Shown: one piece after another, positions 53,539 to 62,755 of the stretch
How the letters are laid out: each line of letters begins with the position of its first letter
Numbering within the stretch: position 1 is the stretch's first letter
Source of the DNA: an uncultured Alphaproteobacteria bacterium
GTDB taxonomy: Bacteria; Pseudomonadota; Alphaproteobacteria; Rhizobiales; Xanthobacteraceae
NCBI GenBank assembly: GCA_963775515.1
Contig: CAVZIQ010000003.1
Location: forward strand, 198,308 to 262,307
DNA: 64,000 bases
Direction of reading: 5' to 3'
Program-made: the position numbers and the translations under genes
The notes under the pieces: model-generated
The model's database searches: none
What the model was told of the DNA's origin: nothing
Seen by the model: only the letters and a program-made list of their open reading frames with translations

Positions 53539-54678
53539 TTACCTATTTGAAAAGTAGGGCCCGAGATCGTTCAAGGCCGCCAGTGCATGACGCACGAGGT
53601 CGGCTTGGCTGCGGCTCCCGGTCCGCTCGAAAGCCGTCTTGAGATGAAACTTCACCGTGTTCATCGAGATTTCCTCTCTATCCGCATAGTCTTTCAGTTC
53701 GACGCCCTGAAGGATTGCAGCCACGATCTTGGCGGCCCCAAGCGGTACATGCAGCAGGTGCGCGATACGCTGAACTGCGGAGGCGATTCGGCGGCTCGGG
53801 TCATGAATGGCAAACAGGGCGCCAACCCGCAGCCTTGGCGCCATGTTTTCGTCTGACGGCAACGGCGACACCAGCACGACATAAGGCGGCCGGCCGGACG
53901 GGCGCTGTATTTGAATAATGCCGCCGGCGCCGCCGCGCGCAACGTCCGTCTCCAGCTTCGCCAGGTGCTTCGCCGCCGTTCGGTCCCTCGCGATCAGCCG
54001 TCCCGCACGATTGAGACTGAGGCCATCGCTCGCGCCCGCAATGACGCGGGCGGCTTCATTGACGAACAATGTGAGGCCGTCGCCGGAAATGCCGATCATG
54101 CCGGTCTGGTTGCGATTGACGATCGCTTCGAACGTCTGGCGTCGCGATTCGCTCTGCAGGAACAGCCGTCTGATCTGGAGCGCCCGTGTCAGGTGAGGCG
54201 TGAGGCGTCTGAGGCAAGCCAGGTCGTCATCCCCGAACGGCTCACGGTTCGTGCCATGATGAATACCCACCATCGCGAACCTGCCGCCGGCCGACAGCAG
54301 TATTCCACCGAGGGTTCCGTCGACCCCGTGAGGGCGCAGGAATTCGTGGAGAAAGACGTTCTTGCGGAGAAATTCCGCGGTGAACATATGATCCGTTGTC
54401 GTTACGGTTCCTGTGGTTAGTGCGCTGAAAGCAAATGGCGCCGGGTCAAGGTGCGCATAGGGTCCGTAGTCCGCAAAGAATGCGTGATCGATGTTTCGCA
54501 CCCCAACCATAATCTGCGCTTCGGGCGTTGCCTGATCCATTTCTCCCAGAGTCGCGCCCGCGCAATCGAAATACCGGGCGATCAATTCGATAGCTTGGTC
54601 TAATTCATTGGGGTCGCACGCACCGCGATAGATGGCGTCGATAATTCTCTGTTCCAGGTCGGCATTTCCGGGAATCAT
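53539..54678 (-). CDS. LuxR-family (HTH GerE-type) transcriptional regulator with uncharacterised N-terminal sensor region
   Basis: C-terminal 'LKDYADREEISMNTVKFHLKTAFERTGSRSQADLV'. Start at the ATG at 54678 ('MIPGNADLEQRIIDAIY'). Confidence 0.8.
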   Translation of the reverse strand: MIPGNADLEQRIIDAIYRGACDPNELDQAIELIARYFDCAGATLGEMDQATPEAQIMVGVRNIDHAFFADYGPYAHLDPAPFAFSALTTGTVTTTDHMFTAEFLRKNVFLHEFLRPHGVDGTLGGILLSAGGRFAMVGIHHGTNREPFGDDDLACLRRLTPHLTRALQIRRLFLQSESRRQTFEAIVNRNQTGMIGISGDGLTLFVNEAARVIAGASDGLSLNRAGRLIARDRTAAKHLAKLETDVARGGAGGIIQIQRPSGRPPYVVLVSPLPSDENMAPRLRVGALFAIHDPSRRIASAVQRIAHLLHVPLGAAKIVAAILQGVELKDYADREEISMNTVKFHLKTAFERTGSRSQADLVRHALAALNDLGPYFSNR

Positions 54679-55012
54679 TTTGACGTCCGCCGGTCGGCGA
54701 CGAGGTTTCGCATCGCAAATTTCCGCTGTCGTCCGATCGTGAGCGGTCAGGCGCCAAGACGTCTTTGCTGCAGGAAAAACTCTTGGTTCATGAAAGACAC
54801 AAATATACCTGCGAGACAAGAAGGAGGATGAATAACAGGACAATTTACATAGCGGCCTGGACGCGCGTGCGGCTCCTGGCGGCCTGAAATTGAACCCCGA
54901 AAAGCTTGCTGACACTACCCGATCGGGTAGGGACGCCCACTGCCTGTGCCGCTAAACGCGAACCGTCGGCCACGGTTTGGTCGTTCAACCTCAGGCAATC
55001 CAGGAGCGTGAC

Positions 55013-55195
55013 ATGCCCATGAGAGGCGAGCTTGCCGTCCCCGCAATGCGGCCGGATACCGGAGCGACGGCCCACGACGCTTGGGCAATTATCGCCTTTT
55101 GTCTGATTGGCTTAGGAATGTCGATTTACGTCTCCGTGAATTCGACGCTTCTCGATCAAATACCGGTGCTGATTATCCAATCCAACTTGTTCTGA
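55013..55195 (+). CDS. 60-aa single-TM small protein
   Basis: AGGAG Shine-Dalgarno 7 nt before the ATG at 55013. TM 'WAIIAFCLIGLGMSIYVSV'. Confidence 0.4.
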   Translation: MPMRGELAVPAMRPDTGATAHDAWAIIAFCLIGLGMSIYVSVNSTLLDQIPVLIIQSNLF

Positions 55196-55199
55196 TGTC

Positions 55200-55403
55200 A
55201 TGCGCGACGCCAAGCCAATCACGGCGCCCACGGGCCAGCCGGGGCCCGTCCCTATCGCGATCATTGAGGAGACGCCGCCGCGCCGAAGTATCTTTTCGAG
55301 ATTGTTCAAAGCTCTCCATGCGCCGACAAGATGCGCCGGCCAGCAGAATGACAGCGCGGAACGCGATCGATCTTCGATGCCTTTGCCGCTCATTCCATTT
55401 TGA
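55200..55403 (+). CDS. 67-aa hypothetical small protein
   Basis: Starts 4 nt after the previous stop. No domain recognised. Weak call. Confidence 0.3.
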   Translation: MRDAKPITAPTGQPGPVPIAIIEETPPRRSIFSRLFKALHAPTRCAGQQNDSAERDRSSMPLPLIPF

Positions 55404-55421
55404 TCCGCAAACGAAAAGCAG

Positions 55422-55595
55422 ATGAAAGCCGTGCGCCGATGGTTGATCTATCGCCGTCTCGTTAACGAGCTTTCCGCCCTCCCTGTCGGATCGCTTGGCG
55501 AGTTGGGAGCGTGGCGAGCCGCCATCAATGATTTTGCTTGGCAGTGCGCGCTGCTCGAAGTTGAACAAAAAGCCAAGACCGCCAAGCGAGGATAG
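55422..55595 (+). CDS. 57-aa DUF1127-like small protein (below the ORF-track cutoff)
   Basis: Hand translation 'MKAVRRWLIYRRLVNELSALPVGSLGELGAWRAAINDFAWQCALLEVEQKAKTAKRG'. Fits the R-x-x-x-x-EL-x-x-L-x-x-x-x-L-x-(D/E)-(I/L)-G pattern of DUF1127. Confidence 0.5.
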   Translation: MKAVRRWLIYRRLVNELSALPVGSLGELGAWRAAINDFAWQCALLEVEQKAKTAKRG

Positions 55596-55890
55596 CCGCG
55601 CATCGCGACCGTCAGAGGCAATATCCTCCTTCTGCTTTATGGATATTTTGCGCATATTCCGCCGGTTCTATTTCTCAACAGCGCGTTGCTGCCGATCGAC
55701 GTGATGCGCCGCATGTCTGTTCATGGGCCTTAACGTTACATCATGCGACGCAACGGAATGGCCGCTCCCGGGCGCAAAGCGGACATTGGCCAGCCGTAGT
55801 TGACCGACCTCGATCTATGAGTACATGCCCTAGCTTGGCGCGCGGACGATGCTAGGCTTGCCTCAAACATCCGGCAAAGGGGGAGGGCAG

Positions 55891-56691
55891 ATGAGCGACG
55901 ACATTCACGAAATCTACGCCATCCGTTACGGTCATCATTCGCGCCGTTCGCCGGTGAATTTCATCGACGGCGACCCGCATGATGTGTTGCAGCCGCTCGA
56001 TTTCTTTGTCTGGGCGATCGTCGGGCCGTCGGGCACGATTGTCCTCGACACCGGCTTCGACGAGGCGATGGGCAAAAAGCGCCAGCGCGAAATGATCAAG
56101 CCGGTGCGCGACGGGCTGGCGGCGCTCGGCATCGCACCGGACAGCGTCAAGGACGTCATCATCAGCCATCTGCATTACGATCACTGCGGAAATTACGATC
56201 TGTTTCCGCAGGCTCGCTATCACTTGCAGGATCGCGAGATGGCCTATGCGACCGGGCGCTGCATGTGCCACCGGGCGCTGCGCGCGCCGTTCGAGGTCGA
56301 CGACGTGGTCGCGATGGTGCGCAAGGTGTTCAGCGGCCGCTGCGCGTTCCACGACGGCGAGGATCAGATCGTGCCGGGCGTGACCGTGCACCACATCGGC
56401 GGCCACTCCAAGGGTCTGCAAAGCGTCCGCGTGAAAACGCGCCTCGGCTATGTGGTGCTCGCCGCCGACGCTTCGCATCTTTACGCGCATATCGACGGCG
56501 GCCGGGTATTCCCGCTCGTCTATAACGTCGGCGAGGTGGTCGAGGGCTACGAGACCCTGAAAAAGCTCGCCACCGCACCGCGCCATGTCGTGCCGGGGCA
56601 CGATCCCTTGGTGCTGGCGCGTTATCCGGCGGCCAAGCCCGGCCTCGATGGCTGGATCGCACGCCTCGACGCCGAGCCCAAACAGGCGTGA
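55891..56691 (+). CDS. Metallo-beta-lactamase-fold hydrolase, N-acyl-homoserine-lactonase-like (AttM/AiiB family)
   Basis: 'ISHLHYDHCGN' (HxHxDH), 'IYAIRYG', 'HHIGGHS'. GGGAGG Shine-Dalgarno before the ATG at 55891. Confidence 0.8.
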   Translation: MSDDIHEIYAIRYGHHSRRSPVNFIDGDPHDVLQPLDFFVWAIVGPSGTIVLDTGFDEAMGKKRQREMIKPVRDGLAALGIAPDSVKDVIISHLHYDHCGNYDLFPQARYHLQDREMAYATGRCMCHRALRAPFEVDDVVAMVRKVFSGRCAFHDGEDQIVPGVTVHHIGGHSKGLQSVRVKTRLGYVVLAADASHLYAHIDGGRVFPLVYNVGEVVEGYETLKKLATAPRHVVPGHDPLVLARYPAAKPGLDGWIARLDAEPKQA

Positions 56692-56848
56692 TCGTGCGGG
56701 AATCATGCGCTGCAACCATGTGTGCGGTGCAGCAACACGCCGCCGCCGATCCGTCGGTTAATTAAACTGACAACTATTCTTTCTAAATTCGCCCGGGGGT
56801 CGCGCGAGCGGGGGTTCGCGCGCCGCTGCCTTCGCCGGGGGAATTTCA

Positions 56849-58480
56849 ATGCACACATTGCTGTTGCCGCTGCAGCCGCGGTTCATCATTTACACGCTCG
56901 TCGTGCTGATCGCCGCGGCGCTCGGACTGGAATTCATCTTCGGAGTGAGGTCGCTTCTGATCGATATTCCGCTGGTCGTTTTCATTGCCTTGGCGGTCGT
57001 CGGCACGGTGGACGTTTTTCAGAAGCGGCACGCTGTGCTGCGCAACTATCCGTTGTCGGCGCATATTCGCTTCATCCTCGAAGAGATCCGTCCCGAGATC
57101 CGGCAATATTTTCTGGAAAGCGAAAAAGACGGCACGCCGTTCTCGCGCGACAAGCGCGCGCTGGTTTATCAGCGCGCCAAGCAGGCCTTGGACAAACGGC
57201 CGTTCGGCACGCAAAACGACGTCTATGCCAGCGGCTTCGAATGGCTGGATCATTCGATCGCGCCGAAGGCCGTCGTCAAGGAGCCGTTTCGCATTGTCAT
57301 CGGCGGTCCGGATTGCGCGAAGCCGTATTCGGCGTCGATCCTCAACATTTCGGCGATGAGTTTTGGCGCGCTGAGCCGCAACGCCATCCTGGCGCTCAAC
57401 GGCGGCGCCAAGAAAGGCGATTTCGCCCACGATACCGGCGAGGGCGGCTACAGCCCCTATCACCGCGAAAACGGCGGCGACATCATCTGGGAAATCGGCT
57501 CCGGCTATTTTTCCTGCCGCAACGGCGACGGCACGTTCTGCGCCGAAAAATTCGCCGCCGGCGCGACGCAAGATCAGGTCAAGATGGTCGAACTCAAGCT
57601 CAGCCAAGGCGCCAAGCCGGGCCACGGCGGCGTGCTGCCTGGCGCCAAGGTCAGCCCCGAAATTGCCGTTACCCGCGGCGTGCCGGTCGGCGTCGACTGC
57701 ATATCGCCGTCGCGGCATTCGGCGTTTTCAAACCCGATCGAGATGATGCAATTCATCGCCACGATGCGTCGGCTGTCCGGCGATAAGCCGACGGGGTTCA
57801 AGCTGTGCATCGGGCACCCGTGGGAATTCCTCGCCATCTGCAAGGCGATGCTGGAAACCGGAATCTATCCGGACTTTATCGTCGTCGATGGCAAGGAAGG
57901 CGGCACCGGCGCAGCGCCGCTGGAATTCGCCGACCATCTCGGCATGCCGCTGCGCGAAGGGCTGAACTTCGTTCACAACGCGCTCATCGGCATCAATGCC
58001 CGCGATCGCATCAAGCTCGGCGCCAGCGGCAAGATCATCAGCGCCTTCGATATCGCTCGCGTCCTGGCGCTCGGCGCCGATTGGTGCAATTCGGCACGCG
58101 GTTTCATGTTCGCGCTGGGCTGTATCCAGTCGCAGTCCTGCCACACCGACCGCTGCCCGACCGGCGTGTCGACGCAGGACAAGTCGCGGCAGCGGGCGCT
58201 GGTGGTGCCCGACAAGGCCGAGCGCGTGTACAATTTTCATCGCGCCACGATCGAATCGCTTGCCGAGCTGGTCGGCGCCGCGGGCCTCGATCATCCCTCG
58301 CAATTCGCACCGGCGCATTTTTCGCGGCGCGTGTCGCAGCACGAGGTCAAGAGTTTCGCCGAGCTTTATCCGTCGCTTAAGCCGGGCGAATTGCTGACAG
58401 GCAGCGCAGACAAGCGATACGAGATGGCCTGGGCCATGGCGAGCCCCGAAGAATTCCGGGCGCTGCCGCGGGCGGCCTAG
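56849..58480 (+). CDS. FMN-binding glutamate-synthase-related protein (GltB domain-2 family) with N-terminal TM helices
   Basis: 'ISAMSFGALS', 'VELKLSQGAKPGHGGVLPG', 'DGKEGGTGAAP', 'ASGKI'. Confidence 0.85.
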   Translation: MHTLLLPLQPRFIIYTLVVLIAAALGLEFIFGVRSLLIDIPLVVFIALAVVGTVDVFQKRHAVLRNYPLSAHIRFILEEIRPEIRQYFLESEKDGTPFSRDKRALVYQRAKQALDKRPFGTQNDVYASGFEWLDHSIAPKAVVKEPFRIVIGGPDCAKPYSASILNISAMSFGALSRNAILALNGGAKKGDFAHDTGEGGYSPYHRENGGDIIWEIGSGYFSCRNGDGTFCAEKFAAGATQDQVKMVELKLSQGAKPGHGGVLPGAKVSPEIAVTRGVPVGVDCISPSRHSAFSNPIEMMQFIATMRRLSGDKPTGFKLCIGHPWEFLAICKAMLETGIYPDFIVVDGKEGGTGAAPLEFADHLGMPLREGLNFVHNALIGINARDRIKLGASGKIISAFDIARVLALGADWCNSARGFMFALGCIQSQSCHTDRCPTGVSTQDKSRQRALVVPDKAERVYNFHRATIESLAELVGAAGLDHPSQFAPAHFSRRVSQHEVKSFAELYPSLKPGELLTGSADKRYEMAWAMASPEEFRALPRAA

Positions 58481-58727
58481 GGCGTGTGTTTATAAATCGA
58501 GGCTGACGGGTCGATCTCCGCTTTACCGCGGCAGGCAGACATCGCCGAGCGCCTCGGTCATGCCCGTCAAGGGCCAGATGGCGACATCGGCTGGCGATGA
58601 CTGCCGTGGGCCAAGCTTGGCGCGACAAATCAGTTGTCCGGGTATCAAACGTTTCGCATCGCACCATTTGCAATCTAGTGCCTGTCCGCGCTAAATTTTT
58701 CAAAATCGTTCACCAATGGGGGAAACA

Positions 58728-59171
58728 ATGGCCACACGATCATCGCATCCGTTACTGTCTTGCACCGATGGCATCGCCACGGGCATGACGGATTTTTGGC
58801 TTTTGATCGGCCGCGTATTGATTGCCGCACTATTCTTGATGACGGTATGGACCGGCGGCCCGGCCGCTGCCTACCTCAAGTCTCTTAACTATCCGGCCCC
58901 CGATGTCATGAGCATCCTCGCGCACGTCGTCGAATGGATCGTTGCGCTTTCTCTGGTTTTCGGCATCGGCACGCGCTACGGCGCGTTGCTCGGGTTCGTC
59001 TTCGTGGTGATCGCCTTTGCCACGGCGCACCGCTATTGGGAGTATCCCGACGCCGCGCAAACCCTACAATACGTATTCCTCAGCAAGGACCTCGCTATCG
59101 CTGGTGGTCTTCTCGTGTTGTTTGTCACCGGTGCAGGGCGCTTTAGCATCGATAACACCCTATCGTCTTAG
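58728..59171 (+). CDS. DoxX-family membrane protein
   Basis: 'LLIGRVLIAALFLMTV...HVVEWIVALSLVFGIGTRYGALL...GAGRFSID'. Confidence 0.8.
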   Translation: MATRSSHPLLSCTDGIATGMTDFWLLIGRVLIAALFLMTVWTGGPAAAYLKSLNYPAPDVMSILAHVVEWIVALSLVFGIGTRYGALLGFVFVVIAFATAHRYWEYPDAAQTLQYVFLSKDLAIAGGLLVLFVTGAGRFSIDNTLSS

Positions 59172-59412
59172 AGAGCGGTGTTTGGTCGGAAAATCGGGCT
59201 TCTGGGCAACGGAGTGCGAGACGGCTGCAAAACTGAGACGGAAAAATAAGCAGCCTATATGATCGTATCGATGCAATGCTTTTCGCGGGCGACCTTAGCG
59301 GCCATCCCAGTCGTCGTTGCGGTATATGCGTTTCCGAAAATTAGAGCAGTCCGCGCACAATCTGAGGTGACGCGCGTACTCGATATCGCAGCCGAAGAGG
59401 CATCGCCCCGGC

Positions 59413-60066
59413 TTATTGCGGCCTGAGGTTTGTCTTACCCAAGCTGATTTCAGGCCTGCGGAGACCCATCGCAATCCAGGCGGCGATCAGTTTCAACATG
59501 AACTTGCCGGAGCGACCACTATAATTCGGCGCGTCATCGGCAAGCTGGACGCCGACGCGCCGCTCTTTTGTCATGACCCGCATATCAAGCGGCGGCACAC
59601 CTTTGGGAAAGCGGTTCCGGTATATCGACAGCCAGTGCCCTTTGGTGAAGTCAAGGAACATCGCCGAATTGCAGCACGTAGCAACGACTCGTCGGGTCGG
59701 GGAAGCAGGCTTGAGCCGACGCTCTTCAAGACGCTCCTGCCCCATAACGAATTGCACTCGATCCTTTCGATATAGAATAAAGCCCGTTCCACTATCGGGA
59801 TCGAGCACGGATGGAGCAGAAGCCGCCTGCTCGAACCGACGCTCAGCTTCTTGGCAACTCGCGCAATAGCAGGAGATGGAAAGGATCGGCGGCCCTACCG
59901 CCTCGCACTTCACCTCGCCGCATTGGCACGTCGCGAAAAGAAGTTTGTGCTGCCGCTGGCTCACTGCGCCTTCCCATTCTTGGCCGGCACTTAGGAGGCT
60001 ATTCTGTTGGTAATGCGAAACGCCCGCAACGGGTCGCGAGCGGACATCTTTTGGTGTCCGCGTCAT
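59413..60066 (-). CDS. GFA/CENP-V-family (glutathione-dependent formaldehyde-activating-like) Zn-Cys protein; start uncertain
   Basis: 'CQCGEVK...SCYCASCQ' Cys pattern. The N-terminal part of the listed ORF runs into a REP-like element. A GTG at 59964 is an alternative start. Confidence 0.65.
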   Translation of the reverse strand: MTRTPKDVRSRPVAGVSHYQQNSLLSAGQEWEGAVSQRQHKLLFATCQCGEVKCEAVGPPILSISCYCASCQEAERRFEQAASAPSVLDPDSGTGFILYRKDRVQFVMGQERLEERRLKPASPTRRVVATCCNSAMFLDFTKGHWLSIYRNRFPKGVPPLDMRVMTKERRVGVQLADDAPNYSGRSGKFMLKLIAAWIAMGLRRPEISLGKTNLRPQ

Positions 60067-60426
60067 GTCCGCTTTACCCCCCAATAGCCGACATCGCTCG
60101 CCGGCCATTGCACGTCAGCTTTGGGCCGTAACCGGGGCTCGAAATCTCTCCACGCACGGAGGAAATTGTCGTAGCCTGGTCGTAGAACCGCCAGCGGAAT
60201 ATGCCGGCGTTCCGTGAAATTCATAGACAACGAGTGTGCCCGAATTCACCTGCATCGATTCGTCCGACGGCAATGGGGCGCGAAGATGCTTCCCGGACAG
60301 GCAAGTCAGACGCTGTTGATCGCGTCCATCATGCGTGCCCGTCGTCAGCTTATCGATACGCCACTGATTCTAAAGGATACGGTGTAGTCGGATAATGGAC
60401 GTATATTTGTTGGGCATGGATTAGCC

Positions 60427-61521
60427 ATGAGGCTTCGCGTTATCGCTGCAGCGGCCTGCATAGCGTTGGTATTCACCGGGCCGTGCCGCGCTCAGGTGGC
60501 GGAGAATGCCGACGCCTCATCCGGGCGGGATTTGGTGATTGGCACGAAACAAGCGCCGCCCTTTGCGATGAAGGCTGCCGACGGCACTTGGCAAGGCATC
60601 AGCATCGACCTCTGGCGTCGCGTCGCGGACCAATTGCACCTGCACTACCGGTTTGCCGAGGAACCCGATGTGCAAGGACTGATTGATGGCATAGCAACGG
60701 GAAAATTCGATGTTGCCGTAGCGGCCCTGACCGTGACGGCAGCGCGCGAGAAACTTCTGGATTTCACGCAGCCCTTCTACGCAACCGGACTTGGTATCGC
60801 TGTTCCCGCCGGAGGGGAGGCAAGCTGGCAGCCGATTATACGCACTTTGACTTCGTTCGGTTTTGCCCAAGCGATTTTGGCCCTGATTGGACTGGCATTA
60901 GCCGTCGGGTTTCTCGTTTGGTTCTTTGAGCGCCGCCACAATGAAGATTTCGGCGGCGGTTTGGCCAAGGGATTGAGTTCGGGCGTCTGGTGGTCAACGG
61001 TGGCAATGACGCAACGAAGCACCGGGAATTTCGGTCCGCGAACTCCGCTCGGACGCGTCGTGGCGATCGTATGGATGATCGCGTCAATCGTCACGATCGC
61101 CGTATTCACGGCGAGCATCACCTCGGTGCTAACGATCAAGCACCTTCAAGGGGAGGTGCATGGCGTCAGCGATCTGTCGATTGTTCGAGTTGGGGCATTG
61201 GCCGGAACCTCTACCGAGGACACGCTTTCCAATATGCGAATAACCTACCGGAGATTCGATTCCTTGCAGGACGGACTCGAGGCGCTCCGTGCGCACAGGC
61301 TCGATGCATTTGTGTATGACAAACCGTTGCTTGCTTGGGCTATCCAGCAAGGCTTTTCATCCTCCATCGAGTTGATCGATGCTACATTCGAGCCGCAAGA
61401 ATACGCATTCGCTTTGCCCGGCAATAGTCCGCTCAGAAAAACACTCGATGTTGCAATTCTCGACGCGATCCACAGCAACTGGTGGGAGCAAACCACCTTC
61501 CGCTATCTCGGTTCGCGATGA
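60427..61521 (+). CDS. Prokaryotic ionotropic-glutamate-receptor-like channel (SBP_bac_3 ligand-binding domain split by M1-pore loop-M2)
   Basis: Signal peptide. S1 lobe 'LVIGTKQAPPFAM...GISIDLW'. TM 'ILALIGLALAVGFLVWFF'. Pore region 'GVWWSTVAMTQRSTGNFGP'. TM 'VVAIVWMIASIVTIAVFTASITSVLT'. S2 lobe 'AFVYDKPLLAW'. Confidence 0.8.
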   Translation: MRLRVIAAAACIALVFTGPCRAQVAENADASSGRDLVIGTKQAPPFAMKAADGTWQGISIDLWRRVADQLHLHYRFAEEPDVQGLIDGIATGKFDVAVAALTVTAAREKLLDFTQPFYATGLGIAVPAGGEASWQPIIRTLTSFGFAQAILALIGLALAVGFLVWFFERRHNEDFGGGLAKGLSSGVWWSTVAMTQRSTGNFGPRTPLGRVVAIVWMIASIVTIAVFTASITSVLTIKHLQGEVHGVSDLSIVRVGALAGTSTEDTLSNMRITYRRFDSLQDGLEALRAHRLDAFVYDKPLLAWAIQQGFSSSIELIDATFEPQEYAFALPGNSPLRKTLDVAILDAIHSNWWEQTTFRYLGSR

Positions 61522-61675
61522 ACGCAATTCGTCTTACGTATCTGTCGCCGGTGACGCAATCCAGTGAGCATCGTGATGTCCGCTCGACCCCCGAAAGCGG
61601 CCGCGACGGACGCTGAGCGCCGCATCCGCCAAGGGCAAGGAGCGGCACTTTGCACTGCGGAAACACAGCGAGCCT

Positions 61676-62131
61676 TTAAAACTCCTTCCTCATCGCTTTG
61701 TCGAGCGAGTAGGGTCCGCCTCCGCGGAAGAAGATTGCCAGCGCCACAATGCCCATGAACAGCGCGTATTCCATACCGCGCTGGCCCCATGCCCAGTTCG
61801 GCCACAGCACAGCAAAGCAAATGACCGCCATCTCGATGGTGAAGGCGAGCGCCGCCGCGCGTGTCCACAGCCCGAGCACCAGCAGAATGCCGCCAAAGAA
61901 TTCCACCGCACCGATAAAATAGGCCCAAGCCAACGGATAGTCCCAACCGAACTTCACGAAATTGCGCGAGGCTGGTACCGCGTCGGCGAGAAACAATTTG
62001 CCGAAGCCGTGTGGGATCAAGATCAGCCCGAGTGCGACACGGATCAGCGTGTAGCTGAGCGGACCGAATGTCTCATACAGTTTGGCCGCGGCCGGCACGT
62101 AAAGCCTGTTGCGGTCGATGGTGCGCTCCAT
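61676..62131 (-). CDS. DoxX-family membrane protein
   Basis: 'LIRVALGLILIPHGFGKLF...GAVEFFGGILLVLGLWTRAAAL...GGGPYSLD'. Confidence 0.8.
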   Translation of the reverse strand: MERTIDRNRLYVPAAAKLYETFGPLSYTLIRVALGLILIPHGFGKLFLADAVPASRNFVKFGWDYPLAWAYFIGAVEFFGGILLVLGLWTRAAALAFTIEMAVICFAVLWPNWAWGQRGMEYALFMGIVALAIFFRGGGPYSLDKAMRKEF

Positions 62132-62410
62132 GGTGATCTCTTCCCCTGCGAGTGTTATTGGCAGTTGCCGCTCCCAGCGCGGCCAAGCCTAGAGTGCTGT
62201 GGCGTAATCGGCATCTATTTTTCGGCATCGAGGAGCCGCCAGGGCGCGCTCCGTCTTCGACGAGGTCATCGAATAATCCCGTCGCACTGCGGCAATTGCC
62301 GGTGGCGAAGGGCCGCTCCGGGTCATTAACTGCCACGCCGAGCATTGAGGCGCGCGGCAGCTAATCCTCCAATAACGGACACGAAGGCGAGCGTTCGGCG
62401 GGGCGGTCAA

Positions 62411-62483
62411 GGGCCAGTTACAGGGTCACGCGATGCAGCAGAGGTCGCGGCTATTCGATCGCCTCGTCGGCGGTGGCGAGCAA
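62411..62483. repeat. 73-bp dispersed repeat, copy 1
   Basis: About 85% identical by hand alignment (11 mismatches in 73) to 63909-63981, same orientation, 1498 bp apart. Core 'GAGGTCG(C/T)GGCTATTCGATC.CCTC.TCGGCGGTGGCGAGCAA'. Confidence 0.8.
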
Positions 62484-62520
62484 GCGACTTTCACGCTTGG
62501 CTTGAAATGAAAATGCGCCA

Positions 62521-62556
62521 GAAAAAGCGACGGCCCCGGAGGGGAGTTCCGGGGCC
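62521..62556 (-). terminator. Intrinsic terminator downstream of the 29-aa ORF
   Basis: On the minus strand: GGCCCCGGA-actcccc-TCCGGGGCC followed by GTCGCTTTTT. Confidence 0.6.
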
Positions 62557-62595
62557 GGATGCAATCCCCACGGCAGGGGAGGTGGTACAGGGGTA

Positions 62596-62685
62596 TTATT
62601 CGAAGCGGCTATAGTAACGGTTTTCGCGGAAAGTATTGTACCAGCGGGTAAACCGGGTACCGGTCTTTTTCATCGCTTGAGCCAT
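62596..62685 (-). CDS. 29-aa basic/aromatic small protein (below the ORF-track cutoff)
   Basis: AGGAGG Shine-Dalgarno 5 nt before the ATG at 62685. Hand translation 'MAQAMKKTGTRFTRWYNTFRENRYYSRFE'. It has its own terminator. Confidence 0.5.
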   Translation of the reverse strand: MAQAMKKTGTRFTRWYNTFRENRYYSRFE

Positions 62686-62755
62686 CTCAGCCTCCTGAAA
62701 GCGGTAAGCGGTGTGCATTCCCTACGCTTAAACAGACCATACTGCGGAGGCTGAG
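62686..62755 (-). promoter_or_regulatory. 5' leader hairpin that can sequester the Shine-Dalgarno of the 29-aa ORF
   Basis: CTCAGCCTCC (62686-95) and GGAGGCTGAG (62746-55) are exact reverse complements. In the mRNA the upstream copy is an anti-SD. A nested 6-bp stem TAAGCG/CGCTTA lies inside. Confidence 0.45.

Noticed and set aside
58517-58545. Short motif TCCGCTTTACC-N10-GACATCGC at 58517-45 and 60068-97, with a related reverse-strand ATGTCCGCTTTGCGC near 55766-80.
   Set aside because: It appears to be another short REP-like hairpin family generating 'GGKADM/KRT'-type pseudo-peptides. It is real as a repeat, but too short and degenerate for me to define copies reliably by eye.
59285-59412. 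Zinc-ribbon-like minus-strand frame 'RCLFGCDIEYARHLRLCADCSNFRKRIYRNDDWDGR*' downstream of the GFA gene.
   Set aside because: There is no usable start codon in that frame after the GFA stop. The only ATG nearby opens a different 19-codon frame. Possibly a decayed remnant, with too little evidence to call.
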